Of a stretch of DNA of 60,595 nucleotides, positions 28,418-38,320 are shown in pieces; position 1 is the first letter of the stretch, and each line of letters begins with the position of its first letter. Made by a program: the position numbers and the translations under genes. The notes beneath the pieces are model-generated. The model did no database searches and was not told the DNA's origin. It saw only the letters and a list, made by a program, of their open reading frames with translations. Where the stretch lies: positions 1 to 60,595 of the forward strand of contig CALXKY010000001.1 of the NCBI GenBank assembly GCA_944389055.1, given 5' to 3'. Source of the DNA: an uncultured Spirochaetaceae bacterium. Lineage in GTDB: Bacteria > Spirochaetota > Spirochaetia > Sphaerochaetales > Sphaerochaetaceae.

Positions 28418-29125
28418 ATGGATATCAAGGAACTGAACAGCGTAAGTCCGCTGCGCGTCTTTGACGAAGCTATCAATGGCGGACTCGGACGCGGAAATCT
28501 CGGTGTCATCGTATCAAGGCATGGAATCGGAAAGACTGCATGTCTTGTTCATCTCGCTACCGATAAGCTCTTTAAAGGAGAGAGCGTCATTCACGTATCA
28601 TTCTCGGGTAATGTCGAGCATGTTATAAACTGGTATAAGGAAGTCTTCAGGGAAATCTCTGAAATGCAGTCTCTCGATGATGCTGCAATGGTCTATAACG
28701 CGATTCTCGCCAATCGTGTCGTCATGAATTTCTCGCAGGAGCAGGTTCCTGTCGAGAAGATCCTCGCTTCCCTTGAGAACCTGATCAATCAGGGATCATT
28801 CAAGGCGGACTGCATCCTCTTCGATGGCTACAAGCTCACGGTTGCCGATGAGGAAGATATCATAAAGATCAAGGAATTCGCCAGGAAGATGAACATCGAG
28901 GTATGGTTCTCTGTATCTCCTGTCCGTCCGGATGTTGTATATGACGAGAATGGAGTGCCAAACACACTCGTCAAGTATTACGATCTCATCGATGTGCTTA
29001 TCGCTCTGCGCTATGATGAAAAGATCGACAAAGTCGTAATGACCGTCGTCCGTTCTCATCATACCAACGTGCCTAAGCCGATGCAGGTGAATCTCGATCC
29101 GAAGACGATGCTTATCTCCAAGTAA
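28418..29125 (+). CDS. stand-alone RecA-superfamily ATPase (KaiC/RAD55/DnaB-C-like fold)
   Basis: FDEAINGGLGRGNLGVIVSRHGIGKTA resembles the KaiC/RadA-type P-loop entry, followed by a hydrophobic-D Walker B-like ILFDG. 235 aa. Confidence 0.55.
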   Translation: MDIKELNSVSPLRVFDEAINGGLGRGNLGVIVSRHGIGKTACLVHLATDKLFKGESVIHVSFSGNVEHVINWYKEVFREISEMQSLDDAAMVYNAILANRVVMNFSQEQVPVEKILASLENLINQGSFKADCILFDGYKLTVADEEDIIKIKEFARKMNIEVWFSVSPVRPDVVYDENGVPNTLVKYYDLIDVLIALRYDEKIDKVVMTVVRSHHTNVPKPMQVNLDPKTMLISK

Positions 29126-29197
29126 TCGGCCTGAGATGATCGGGAGTGTAGCTGCCGCATCGCTTCTGAGAAACGGCAGCAGCCATCAATAACCTAG

Positions 29198-29223
29198 AGC
29201 AGGACTCCGGTCCTGCTTTTTTT
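29198..29223 (+). terminator. intrinsic terminator
   Basis: Stem AGCAGGAC / GTCCTGCT with a TCCG loop, followed by seven T. Confidence 0.8.
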
Positions 29224-29344
29224 CATCAGAAACGAAGAATGAATGCTGACAGCCTGAAGAAAGCAAAGCTGCGCATAGCCCGCTTGCCTTTCCAGGCTCC
29301 TCTATTGTCCTGGGAAAGAGCGCATCATCATCGGGATTAGACAG

Positions 29345-30703
29345 CTATGCAAGGCTATAAAGCTCCTCTCCTGTAATCTGCCTGATTCCAGGAAGAGAAG
29401 ACTCAAAGCCAGATGCTGATATGAAGCCTATGGTTCCTATTCCGAGTCCCTCGATTGCCTTTATCTTCTCTATTTCCTTATCCATTGCCCTGAGGCTGAG
29501 CTTATCCTTCAGGAATTTGACTTCATAGACTTCATATGCCTGTGCAGTTTTTATCGCGACATCGAATTCGCCGTTTTTCCTGTCATCGAACCAGTAGGTT
29601 CCTATATCCAGTATGTCTTCACGGATTCCCTTTTCCGTCAGGAGAGAGAACCAGGATCGTGCGATTTCCTCAAAGCGATAGCTGATATACGTTGAAAGGG
29701 AAGGGGCTACATGCTGCTTGTACCAGACTTCTGCACTGATGCTTATATTGTCTTCAAGAGCAGTCAGATATGAGTAATGGAATCTCAGAGGGTTGCTGGC
29801 AATCTCATAGAATGTGCTTTTCCTGTCTTTTCTGTTGATTGGATGACGCTTTCTGATCAGATCTGCCCTGATCATTGCTTCCAGTGTACGGCTGAGCTGG
29901 TTCCTGCTCTTTTCATCCTTCAGGCAGGATTCAATCTCACTGTACTTCTTCTTTCCATTGCCGATTGCATTCAGAATCGTATAAGCGTCAGGAATGCTCC
30001 TGACCTCAGTGCTTATGACGCCGCGTACATAGTTCTGCGCACCACCGTTCTCATCGATGAACAGATTTATGATGTTTTCCTCCGCGCTGATTGCTGGATT
30101 GATCATGCTGTTCAGCAGCGGGATGCCGCCGAAGATGCTGTATAGAGTGATTCTGTCTTTCAGATTGAAAGGCAGGTAGAATCCAGCTGAATCCAGATAG
30201 TTCATTTCTTTCAGGTGAAGCTCAAGCGTGAATCGTTCAAAAAGGGGATTGGCTGCATCCGTAAGAGACCGCATGAGCCTGAGAGAAGATCCTGCCAGCA
30301 GAATCGAGACATTGTCTTCGAGGCCGTCTATGATATCTCTGAAGACCGAGTCGACGTAATCACTGTCATTCCTCTGCTTGAGATCCTGGTATTCATCCAT
30401 AGCTATAGTGAACTTCTCCGGACGTTTTGAGATGAAGTCAAACAGCTGTTCGAATGTGGTGAATGACAGAGGTGAAAGGCCAAGGAGATCAAGAATCCGG
30501 GAAGAAAGAGCAATTGCATTGTCTTCAAGAGACATTGGCTTGCATGTGTACAGTATTGTGATGCCGCTGATTGATTTCATGGCTTCCCTGATAAGCCAGG
30601 TTTTCCCGAATCTGCGCCTGCCATACAGCAGAACAGAGGCATGTCCGCGTCTGAGTTCTGAAGTGATAGCCTTGAGTTCCTTTTCCCTTCCTATGAATTT
30701 CAT
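29345..30703 (-). CDS. ATPase of the Arch_ATPase (PF01637-like) + DUF234 architecture
   Basis: FIGREKELKAITSEL...VLLYGRRRFGKTWL Walker A and IAMDEYQ Walker B. The C-terminal GEFDVAIK...YEVYEVKF is a D...ExK nuclease-like motif. Confidence 0.8.
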   Translation of the reverse strand: MKFIGREKELKAITSELRRGHASVLLYGRRRFGKTWLIREAMKSISGITILYTCKPMSLEDNAIALSSRILDLLGLSPLSFTTFEQLFDFISKRPEKFTIAMDEYQDLKQRNDSDYVDSVFRDIIDGLEDNVSILLAGSSLRLMRSLTDAANPLFERFTLELHLKEMNYLDSAGFYLPFNLKDRITLYSIFGGIPLLNSMINPAISAEENIINLFIDENGGAQNYVRGVISTEVRSIPDAYTILNAIGNGKKKYSEIESCLKDEKSRNQLSRTLEAMIRADLIRKRHPINRKDRKSTFYEIASNPLRFHYSYLTALEDNISISAEVWYKQHVAPSLSTYISYRFEEIARSWFSLLTEKGIREDILDIGTYWFDDRKNGEFDVAIKTAQAYEVYEVKFLKDKLSLRAMDKEIEKIKAIEGLGIGTIGFISASGFESSLPGIRQITGEELYSLA

Positions 30704-31057
30704 CCTGCCTTTTCCTTTTTTTACTCAATTCAGCATACATTGATGTTACCAACTGTATTGTATGTTAAAATGAAGGCAGAAGCAACAAAACGGAATCACG
30801 CAATGGATCCAGATAGATATGCACAGGTATGGCATTGATCATATCCTGGCTTGTCGCATGATCATTTTCCGGCTGCATTCATGAGAAGCAATCTGAGCCT
30901 GGCTGACCAGCGGTATTCTCTGCTTCGGGAAACTCTATGCCCAGAAGAAAGCAGGGAATCTCATGGGAATTGTTCCTGCACATAGTCCGCTTGTCTTTCC
31001 AGACTCCACGGCTGCCCTGGGAAAGAAGCTGCAAGCTCCATATCCGCGTCCGTGGTT

Positions 31058-31690
31058 TCAGGTGCCATCCTTATTCCTGTATGCGATCATCGAGATTCCT
31101 ATTGCTGCGATGAAAAGGCATGCCGCACTTCCGCTGATGATGTTCATCATGTGCGCCCATTCATGATTTTCATTCCCGAATGAAATGATCATTGTGCGCT
31201 GGAGGTTCAGCATTGAAGCTGCAAGTTCCGCATATGATATGTCCCTGATGAATCTGGAAAGCAGCCTGCTGTTCTTTTTGTCCTTCAGGGTCCTGGCAAT
31301 GGCGAATCCGAGTTTGGTGAACGTATAAGCCGCGATTGTTATCATGACGATCTCGCCATATCCTTCTGTTACCTGCCGTATGGATGTGACATATACGATC
31401 GAAGCCATTGCCAGAACGAGGAATAGCATGATGAATCCTGAGACGTGCAGTATATCCGGCCTGCAGCCATTCTCCCCGTGCTTCTTCCATTCCATAAGAA
31501 GCAGGAACCGCATGATACAGAGCGGAAAAAGGAACATCGCCATCATCAGATACCATTCTGATTGATAGTTCCATGCCAGGATAAGGTTGAATAATGCATA
31601 AGCTGCATTATATAGAAGGGCAAGACTGGTTTTCAGGATATCCCTGCTGACCTGGTCCTTCCTCAGCCATGACCAGATAGCCTTCAGCAT
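31058..31690 (-). CDS. integral membrane protein, unknown function (210 aa)
   Basis: About 5-6 hydrophobic segments. It sits in an operon with the upstream small membrane protein, divergent from a TetR gene. Confidence 0.6.
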   Translation of the reverse strand: MLKAIWSWLRKDQVSRDILKTSLALLYNAAYALFNLILAWNYQSEWYLMMAMFLFPLCIMRFLLLMEWKKHGENGCRPDILHVSGFIMLFLVLAMASIVYVTSIRQVTEGYGEIVMITIAAYTFTKLGFAIARTLKDKKNSRLLSRFIRDISYAELAASMLNLQRTMIISFGNENHEWAHMMNIISGSAACLFIAAIGISMIAYRNKDGT

Positions 31691-31702
31691 CGTTTCTCTG
31701 CC

Positions 31703-32074
31703 TCAGTCTTCTATTCCTTTTATCAGCGGGATGAGCATCAGCAGGATAAATATCCCGATAAGACCGAGGATGATGCCTAGAACCATATTGTTCCATACCA
31801 TCGTGAAGCACATGCCGCAGCCGAACACAAGGACTCCTGCGATTCCAGCCAGAATCGTAAGGATCATCCGTCCTGAAATCTCAGCAGGAGCCTTGTTTGT
31901 CATCTTCCTGTAGATGATGATCGTCAGAAGTCCAAGAACAAGGCCGATGACACCAAACACGATGCCCTGCCTGAATGCGTTCCACTCCGGTATGAGTGCC
32001 ATGCACATTCCCAGTGCAAAGAAAACAGCGCTTATTGTTGTCAGCATCATTGCAATGAATGTACTTTTCTTCAT
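31703..32074 (-). CDS. small four-TM membrane protein, unknown function
   Basis: 123 aa with two similar halves (..FFALGMCMAL.. and ..VFGCGMCFTM..). Confidence 0.6.
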   Translation of the reverse strand: MKKSTFIAMMLTTISAVFFALGMCMALIPEWNAFRQGIVFGVIGLVLGLLTIIIYRKMTNKAPAEISGRMILTILAGIAGVLVFGCGMCFTMVWNNMVLGIILGLIGIFILLMLIPLIKGIED

Positions 32075-32191
32075 TTTCTGTTATACTCCTATAAAATCAA
32101 CAGTTGTTGTTTTATTCTGCAGGGATTATACCTTGCGCGATGGAGAAGATTCGACTGCAATCAGGTATGCAGGTGTTGAGATAAAGGAAAA

Positions 32192-32734
32192 ATGAATACC
32201 GCAAACAACAGGAGAAGGAGAGAGACTCTCGAGACGATAAAGAAGACATTCGTGGAACTGATACAGGATCAGGAACTTGATCGGATATCGATATCCCATC
32301 TCTGCAAGAAAGCCGGAATCAACAGGACCACCTTCTATTCCTGCTATGATGGGCTGCATGATATCGCAGATTCGATACGCAGGGAACTTGAGGACAACAT
32401 GGCGGAAATGTACAGGGATGAGATTGAGAACCGGAAAAGCCGCAACGATTATCTGAAGCTGTTCCGTCATATAAAGGATAACCAGAGCCTCTACCGCACA
32501 TATTTCAAGCTTGGATATGATACACAGCTGAAAGACTTTGGATACGATGCCAATGCTGCTGCGGAATATTTTGATAATAAGTTCATCCGATACCATTCTG
32601 AGTTCTTCAGGGCGGGCATTACGAGGATCATACGCATGTGGCTTGAGGGTGGCTGCAAGGAGAGCCCCGAGGATATGATGGAGATCATCAGAAGCGAATA
32701 CAGAGGAAGATTGACGCAGGATGGCGATAAGTAG
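32192..32734 (+). CDS. TetR/AcrR-family transcriptional regulator
   Basis: The N-terminal HTH ISISHLCKKAGINRTTFYSCY is typical of TetR_N. Confidence 0.85.
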   Translation: MNTANNRRRRETLETIKKTFVELIQDQELDRISISHLCKKAGINRTTFYSCYDGLHDIADSIRRELEDNMAEMYRDEIENRKSRNDYLKLFRHIKDNQSLYRTYFKLGYDTQLKDFGYDANAAAEYFDNKFIRYHSEFFRAGITRIIRMWLEGGCKESPEDMMEIIRSEYRGRLTQDGDK

Positions 32735-32912
32735 AAAGCGAAGGCTTTCTTACCTGCCAAAGCCTGCGCTGCATCCTGCCAGGGCCCGGAAGGTTCTCCT
32801 TCCTGGTTCAGGACAGGCAGGGACGAAGGGCCGCAGATCTCATTCTGCTGTTTTATGATTGATTATCGGATTCTTCCCGATTCTCAGCCCCAATTCCCCG
32901 CCAGCTTCTTCA

Positions 32913-34022
32913 TCAGCTGTCGTATCCGAATCCGCTGAATACCGGCTTGCCGGTGTATCTGAAAGCACTGGCCTCGCCCTTAAGCACCTCGAGAACGGCT
33001 TCCGCCATCGCTTCCTGTTCGACTTCTCCAGGATACACCGCTATAGGGGCAAGGAAGCCGCAGCGTTCCTTTATTCCCTCGATGATATCGCTGAAGCGCA
33101 CGAGGCCGCCAGTGAGGATGATCGCATCTATCCTTCCAGAAAGCACCGCAGCCATCTCACCGATGGCCTTGCATATCTGATAGATCATCGCATTCCACAC
33201 GAGCGTGGCTTTTCTGTCGCCTTCATCAACCAGAGCGTGGATCCTGTCTGAGTCGGAAGTGCCGAAGTGGCTTACGAATCCTCCGGAGCGGCAGCACATT
33301 TCCTCTATGGTCTCTGCTCCGTGTTCTTCAATATACCTTGCCAGTTCCAATGCAGGCACCGATCCGATGCGAGTAGGAGAGAAGGCTCCTTCGCCTCCAG
33401 CACCCTCTGTTCCATCCACCATCTTCCCGTTCATATGTGCGCTGACGGTTATGCCGCCATCGATGTGGCAGACGATGAAGCGGCAATCGCTGTATTCCCT
33501 GCCGATTGAACGTGCGTGAAGGCGTGCTGTTCCCTTCTGGTTCAGCACATGGCTCTGTGCCCTCCTGTAAAGTCCTGCGATGCCTGTGATCCGCGCCACA
33601 TCCTGGAGTTCATCGACATTCGTCGGATTGACTGTATACATCGGCTTCCCGTACTCCGTGCCAAGCTCGTATGCAAGCATCACGCCGAGCTTTGCAGGAT
33701 GGTCGCTTCCTCCTTTGTCATCCCTTGTATCCTCAGTAAGCCTCCTGTCGATGATCATCACGCCTTCCCTCTGTGAATAGGCGCAGCCGCCGCGTCCGAT
33801 GAAGACATCGATGCTCCCGATGGGAATACCATGTTTTTCAAGCAGATCCATCACAACCTGCCGTCTCATCGGCAGCTGGTCATTGACAGTCCTGTACTGC
33901 AGTAGCACAGGCGCATCGTGGAATACACTCTCTGTGAAGAGGGGAGTGCTGTTGTCGAAAACACTGACTTTCGTTGATGTCGATCCGGGATTGATTACCA
34001 GCATGCGGTATGTCTTTTCCAT
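32913..34022 (-). CDS. buk: butyrate kinase
   Basis: MEKTYRMLVINPGSTSTKVSVFDN and acetate/butyrate kinase family motifs throughout. I used the internal Met; the track ORF extends to 34172. Confidence 0.88.
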   Translation of the reverse strand: MEKTYRMLVINPGSTSTKVSVFDNSTPLFTESVFHDAPVLLQYRTVNDQLPMRRQVVMDLLEKHGIPIGSIDVFIGRGGCAYSQREGVMIIDRRLTEDTRDDKGGSDHPAKLGVMLAYELGTEYGKPMYTVNPTNVDELQDVARITGIAGLYRRAQSHVLNQKGTARLHARSIGREYSDCRFIVCHIDGGITVSAHMNGKMVDGTEGAGGEGAFSPTRIGSVPALELARYIEEHGAETIEEMCCRSGGFVSHFGTSDSDRIHALVDEGDRKATLVWNAMIYQICKAIGEMAAVLSGRIDAIILTGGLVRFSDIIEGIKERCGFLAPIAVYPGEVEQEAMAEAVLEVLKGEASAFRYTGKPVFSGFGYDS

Positions 34023-34197
34023 GGCATCGATTCTATATCGTATGCGGGTTTTCGTGGAGTCCGGATTCCTCCGGTGCAGTTGGCATTGGTCTGCGGATCG
34101 GGCAGCTGCCTGTGGCAATCGAGGTATGCTATGTTGGCTATGCGGGGTACCCCGATTATCTGAAGATGTCATTCTGCCTCAAGGCTTCTTCAGCGTA

Positions 34198-34656
34198 TCA
34201 TTCTACAAGGACAACGGCTTCTGCGCTTACCGCAAGACCTTCTCCTATGGGGCCTAGACCTTCTGCGGTTTTTGCCTTCACTGAGATATTCCTGACCGGA
34301 ATCCCTGTAATGGCGGAAAGCCTGGTACGGATGGCCTCTATATAAGGCCTGAGCTTAGGCTTCTCGAGGTTCACGGTGGTATCGAGATTGATGATCCTGA
34401 CCCCTGTGTCACGGATGACACTGCCTAGCATCATGGCACTGTCCATTCCCTCCGTCTCCGGACTCGTGTCAGGGTATAGTGCTCCGATATCTCCGGAAGC
34501 TGTGGCTCCAAGAATTGCATCGATTATCGCGTGTATAAGGACATCTCCATCGGAATGAGCAGCTTCTCCCTTCTCCGATGGAATCTCAATGCCTCCGATC
34601 ATCAGCGGCCTGCCGCCTGCAAGGCGGTGGATGTCACTCCCGATGCCGATCCTCAT
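34198..34656 (-). CDS. ispF: 2-C-methyl-D-erythritol 2,4-cyclodiphosphate synthase
   Basis: MRIGIGSDIHRL...HSDGDVLIHAIIDA motif. Overlaps ispD by 4 nt. Confidence 0.92.
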   Translation of the reverse strand: MRIGIGSDIHRLAGGRPLMIGGIEIPSEKGEAAHSDGDVLIHAIIDAILGATASGDIGALYPDTSPETEGMDSAMMLGSVIRDTGVRIINLDTTVNLEKPKLRPYIEAIRTRLSAITGIPVRNISVKAKTAEGLGPIGEGLAVSAEAVVLVE

Positions 34657-35450
34657 TCCGGATCGTCTCCCTGCTGCAGCAGCTCGCGCATGCGTCTTGA
34701 AGCAGCTGCGCTCTTCCTTCCCTCATCCCTTGCCCTGACGTATTCCTCCGCCTGTTTCTCTGCATCGGGGATATCTGAGAGGAATGTGATCTTCGTGTTC
34801 TCTGCGCTTCCGCGTGATACAGTGCATGAATATCCTGCACTGATGAAGACAGCGGCATCATCGTCGGCCTCGAGACCGGGGAATCTGTCGTAGGCATCCA
34901 GAAGCTCGTTCCTTCGGAATATCTGAGGTGTCTGCACAGTGATGAGGGGGGAGCGGTCTATATTCTCGGATATCAGCCCATCCTTGCCCAGCTTCTTCAC
35001 GGCATCCGTGATACGCAGTGCCGGTACGGCTCCTCCGGTAACCGTGGCTGCCGCAAGCGTGCGGATGATGAGGCCCTCATCGACATATGGCCGCGCGCCA
35101 TCATGGATGGCTATGTAATCAAATGGGACGTCAAGCTTCCGCAGCTCATCAAGGGCGGCTCTTACCGATTCCTTCCGTGTCATGCCGCCTGGGATTATAA
35201 GAAGGGGAACCGATGATATATCCGCAAGATCCTCAAGCGCAACGATGGTCTCATCCTCCGAGCCCGGCGGGCATGTCACGATCATGGCACTGAGTCCTGG
35301 AACACGGAAGAATGGCCTTGCTGCCCGTGAAAGGACCGTGTGCCCATCTATGGAGAGATACTCCTTCTTCACGGCGATGCTCTGTCCGCCGGAGAAGCGC
35401 GATGATGTTCCAGCTGCTGTTATGACTGCTGCAAAAGGGGGTATGCTCAT
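34653..35450 (-). CDS. ispD: 2-C-methyl-D-erythritol 4-phosphate cytidylyltransferase with a short charged C-terminal extension
   Basis: AAVITAAGTSSRF and IAIHDGARP motifs. Confidence 0.88.
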   Translation of the reverse strand: MSIPPFAAVITAAGTSSRFSGGQSIAVKKEYLSIDGHTVLSRAARPFFRVPGLSAMIVTCPPGSEDETIVALEDLADISSVPLLIIPGGMTRKESVRAALDELRKLDVPFDYIAIHDGARPYVDEGLIIRTLAAATVTGGAVPALRITDAVKKLGKDGLISENIDRSPLITVQTPQIFRRNELLDAYDRFPGLEADDDAAVFISAGYSCTVSRGSAENTKITFLSDIPDAEKQAEEYVRARDEGRKSAAASRRMRELLQQGDDPE

Positions 35451-35935
35451 TTCTCAAGTCTGGCGAAGATCTTCTTCTTCATTTCCTCCGTGCCTATTCC
35501 TAGCACAGAGGAGGACTCATCGACAAGAATCGACAGTGCGCTGTCATAGAGCTTCCTCTCCTGGACAGGCAGCTCCTTGACCTTCGATCTTCTGTAGAGC
35601 GAGTTGACGACCTTTGCGACGGAGGAGAGCGTCCCTTCCTTCATGAGCTCCTGGTTCATCAGCAGACGCTGTTTCCAGTCCATGCCCCTGGATTCCCTCT
35701 TCTCCGAAAGCGATGACAGCGCCTTCCTTGCTTCAGTAGCGCTAGCAAGGTGCCTCAGCCCAAGGGCGGAGGCGTTGTCCACTGGCAATAGCACATCCAT
35801 ATCCGATGCGGATATCTGCACGCGGTAATACTCCTTCTCCCTGCGTGTCTCCCGGCCGAGGATGCACCCGACACCCTGCATGGGGTAGACTACCGGGTCT
35901 CCGATCCTGAATACGGATTTATCTGTGCTATTCAT
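35447..35935 (-). CDS. carD: CarD/CdnL-family RNA-polymerase-binding regulator
   Basis: FRIGDPVVYPMQGVGCILG (Tudor-like CarD_TRCF domain). The carD-ispD-ispF order is conserved in other phyla. Confidence 0.85.
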   Translation of the reverse strand: MNSTDKSVFRIGDPVVYPMQGVGCILGRETRREKEYYRVQISASDMDVLLPVDNASALGLRHLASATEARKALSSLSEKRESRGMDWKQRLLMNQELMKEGTLSSVAKVVNSLYRRSKVKELPVQERKLYDSALSILVDESSSVLGIGTEEMKKKIFARLEK

Positions 35936-36085
35936 ATATAGATTTTACCACGGATTCCGGATTTGGTATCGGAAATCTAATCTATACATGAAATTGGCGT
36001 TTGACGCGTTTAAATGGCCTTTCTGGTCCGGGCTGAGGGAAAACAACATCTTTAAATCGGCCTTTCATGCGGTTATACTCATTGC

Positions 36086-37600
36086 ATGGCAAAGAACACT
36101 AGAAAAGCAGGTGTACTGCTTCACATAACGTCGCTTCCTTCCGATTACGGCATCGGGGACCTCGGTGATAATGCATACAGATTCGTCGATTCGCTTGAAT
36201 CTTCCTCGATCGGGCTCTGGCAGATGCTGCCGGTCGGCCCCACGGGGTATGGGGACAGCCCGTATGCGGCACGTTCGGCTTTTGCCGGCAACGAGCTCCT
36301 GATCTCCCCGCGGCTTCTCTATCTTGACGGCTATCTCAGCATCGAGGATGCGATGAACAAGGCTCCGGAGACGGAGCGGGTGGACTACGGCGAGGCAAGA
36401 GCTCTCAAGATGCCGATGCTCAGGCGGGCAGCGGAAGCTTTTCTTGCATCGGGCGGCAGCGAGCGCCGTGCTTATGAGGCTTTCCGTAAGAAGGAAGGCT
36501 GGTGGCTTGAGGATTATGCGCTTTTCCAGGTGCTTGCCGATGAATACAACGATTCACGCTGGTTCATCGCATGGCCGGAGAAGCTGAAGATGAGGGATCC
36601 GGAAGCTCTCGGGAAGAAGAGGGAGGAGAAGAGCCATGAGATCGATGTCTATGCGGTCCTCCAGTACTTCTTCTATAAGCAGTTCATGGATCTCAGGGCT
36701 TATGCCAATGAGCATTCGGTTGAGCTTATCGGGGATATTCCGATCTTCGTTGCCGGCGACAGTGCCGATGCCTGGTCGCACCGTGAGCTTCTGAAGATAG
36801 ACGAGAATGGCGAGCAGGAGGCTTCTTCCGGTGTTCCGCCAGATGCATTCAGCGCCGATGGCCAGCTCTGGGGCAATCCGCTGTATCGCTGGGATGAGCA
36901 TATAAAGACCGGATTCAGATGGTGGATAGACCGCTTCAGGCGCAATCTCGATCTCTTCGATATCGTCAGGGTCGATCATTTCCGCGGACTTGAAGCCTGC
37001 TGGGAGGTCCCGAAAGGAGAGAAGACCGCGAAGAACGGCAAGTGGGTGAAGAGTCCTGGCCAGCAGCTTTTCGATGCCCTGCGCAGCGAGCTCGGCTGCG
37101 ATCTCCCGATCATCGCGGAGGATCTCGGTATCATAACTCCTGAGGTTGAGGCCCTGAGGATCGGGAACGGACTTCCTGGCATGAAGATCCTTCAGTTCGC
37201 TTTCGCTTTCGACAACGGCGAGTGGCAGACGGACAATGCATACCTTCCCCATAACATCGAGAAGCTTTCAGTTGCATATACCGGTACGCATGACAACAAT
37301 ACCACCAAAGGCTGGTACAGCGAGCTCGATGATGGCATGAAGGATTATGTCCGCCGCTATTTCGAATGCAGCGACGATGACGTCCTCTGGAGGATGATCA
37401 GGGCGCTGATGGGTTCTCCGGCGATGTACGCGATATTCCCGATGCAGGACATCCTGGGGCTTGGCTCGGAGGCAAGGATGAATGTGCCTTCCACCTGCGG
37501 CTCATCCAACTGGTCATGGAGGATGAGAAAGGAGGATATCGCCTCGCCATCATTCGAAGGTATCAGGTACTATTCGCATCTTTACGGAAGGGACAGATGA
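36086..37600 (+). CDS. malQ: 4-alpha-glucanotransferase (amylomaltase)
   Basis: GVLLHITSLPS, GDIPIFV, RVDHFRG and TGTHDN motifs of GH77. Confidence 0.92.
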   Translation: MAKNTRKAGVLLHITSLPSDYGIGDLGDNAYRFVDSLESSSIGLWQMLPVGPTGYGDSPYAARSAFAGNELLISPRLLYLDGYLSIEDAMNKAPETERVDYGEARALKMPMLRRAAEAFLASGGSERRAYEAFRKKEGWWLEDYALFQVLADEYNDSRWFIAWPEKLKMRDPEALGKKREEKSHEIDVYAVLQYFFYKQFMDLRAYANEHSVELIGDIPIFVAGDSADAWSHRELLKIDENGEQEASSGVPPDAFSADGQLWGNPLYRWDEHIKTGFRWWIDRFRRNLDLFDIVRVDHFRGLEACWEVPKGEKTAKNGKWVKSPGQQLFDALRSELGCDLPIIAEDLGIITPEVEALRIGNGLPGMKILQFAFAFDNGEWQTDNAYLPHNIEKLSVAYTGTHDNNTTKGWYSELDDGMKDYVRRYFECSDDDVLWRMIRALMGSPAMYAIFPMQDILGLGSEARMNVPSTCGSSNWSWRMRKEDIASPSFEGIRYYSHLYGRDR

Positions 37601-38304
37601 ACATAATCCTTCTGGATGAGGGGGAGCTCTTCCTGCCATCATCCGATGAGAGAGCGAAGCATATAAGGAAAGTGCTTCACATGGGGCCCGGCGATTCGTT
37701 CCGGGCCGGTATCATCGGCTCGATGCAGGGAAAGGCTACGATAGTGTCCTCTGACGAGAAAGGCATTGCGCTCTCATTCAAGGCTGAAGCTGATGGTTCC
37801 GCACTTTATCCGCTGACGCTCATCATCGCGCAGGTCAGGCCTATCTGCATGCGCCGCATACTCCGTGAGGCTGTTTCGATGGGTGTGTCCAAGATGATCC
37901 TTCCGGTCTCCGATCTTGGAGAGAAGAGCTATCTCGGCGCTTCGCTCTATACCGAAGGCGAGTACAGGAAGATACTCATAGACGGAGCCATGCAGGCAGG
38001 ATTCACCGGTGTCAGCAGCGTTACGATTGCCTCCTCCCTCGATGATGCGATAGCAGAGGCTGATGGAGATGTGAAGATTCTCCTCGACAACAGGGCGGGG
38101 GCTTCTGATCTCTCATCTGCGGACCTTCGCGGAAAGAGCGCTGTGCTTGCCATCGGACCGGAGAGAGGCTGGTCCGGAAGGGAGGTCGGGCTTTTCAGCG
38201 AGGCGGGGTATATTCCCATGCTTCTGGGAAAGCGTATACTGAGAACGGAGACCGCTGCGGTGGGGGGAACGCTTCTTGCACTCTCACGCATGGGGTATGT
38301 GTGA
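37597..38304 (+). CDS. rsmE: 16S rRNA (uracil1498-N3)-methyltransferase
   Basis: RsmE-like length and C-terminal SPOUT motif IGPERGWS..E......G......LG.RILRTETA. The ATG overlaps the malQ stop (ATGA). Confidence 0.85.
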   Translation: MNIILLDEGELFLPSSDERAKHIRKVLHMGPGDSFRAGIIGSMQGKATIVSSDEKGIALSFKAEADGSALYPLTLIIAQVRPICMRRILREAVSMGVSKMILPVSDLGEKSYLGASLYTEGEYRKILIDGAMQAGFTGVSSVTIASSLDDAIAEADGDVKILLDNRAGASDLSSADLRGKSAVLAIGPERGWSGREVGLFSEAGYIPMLLGKRILRTETAAVGGTLLALSRMGYV

Positions 38305-38320
38305 TTAAGGAGAACTGAAT

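Noticed and set aside
32075-32191. Near-palindrome AACAGTTGTT in the TetR/membrane-operon divergent region, as a possible operator.
   Set aside because: It has only 4+4 matching bases with a mismatched centre. That is too weak to report as a feature.
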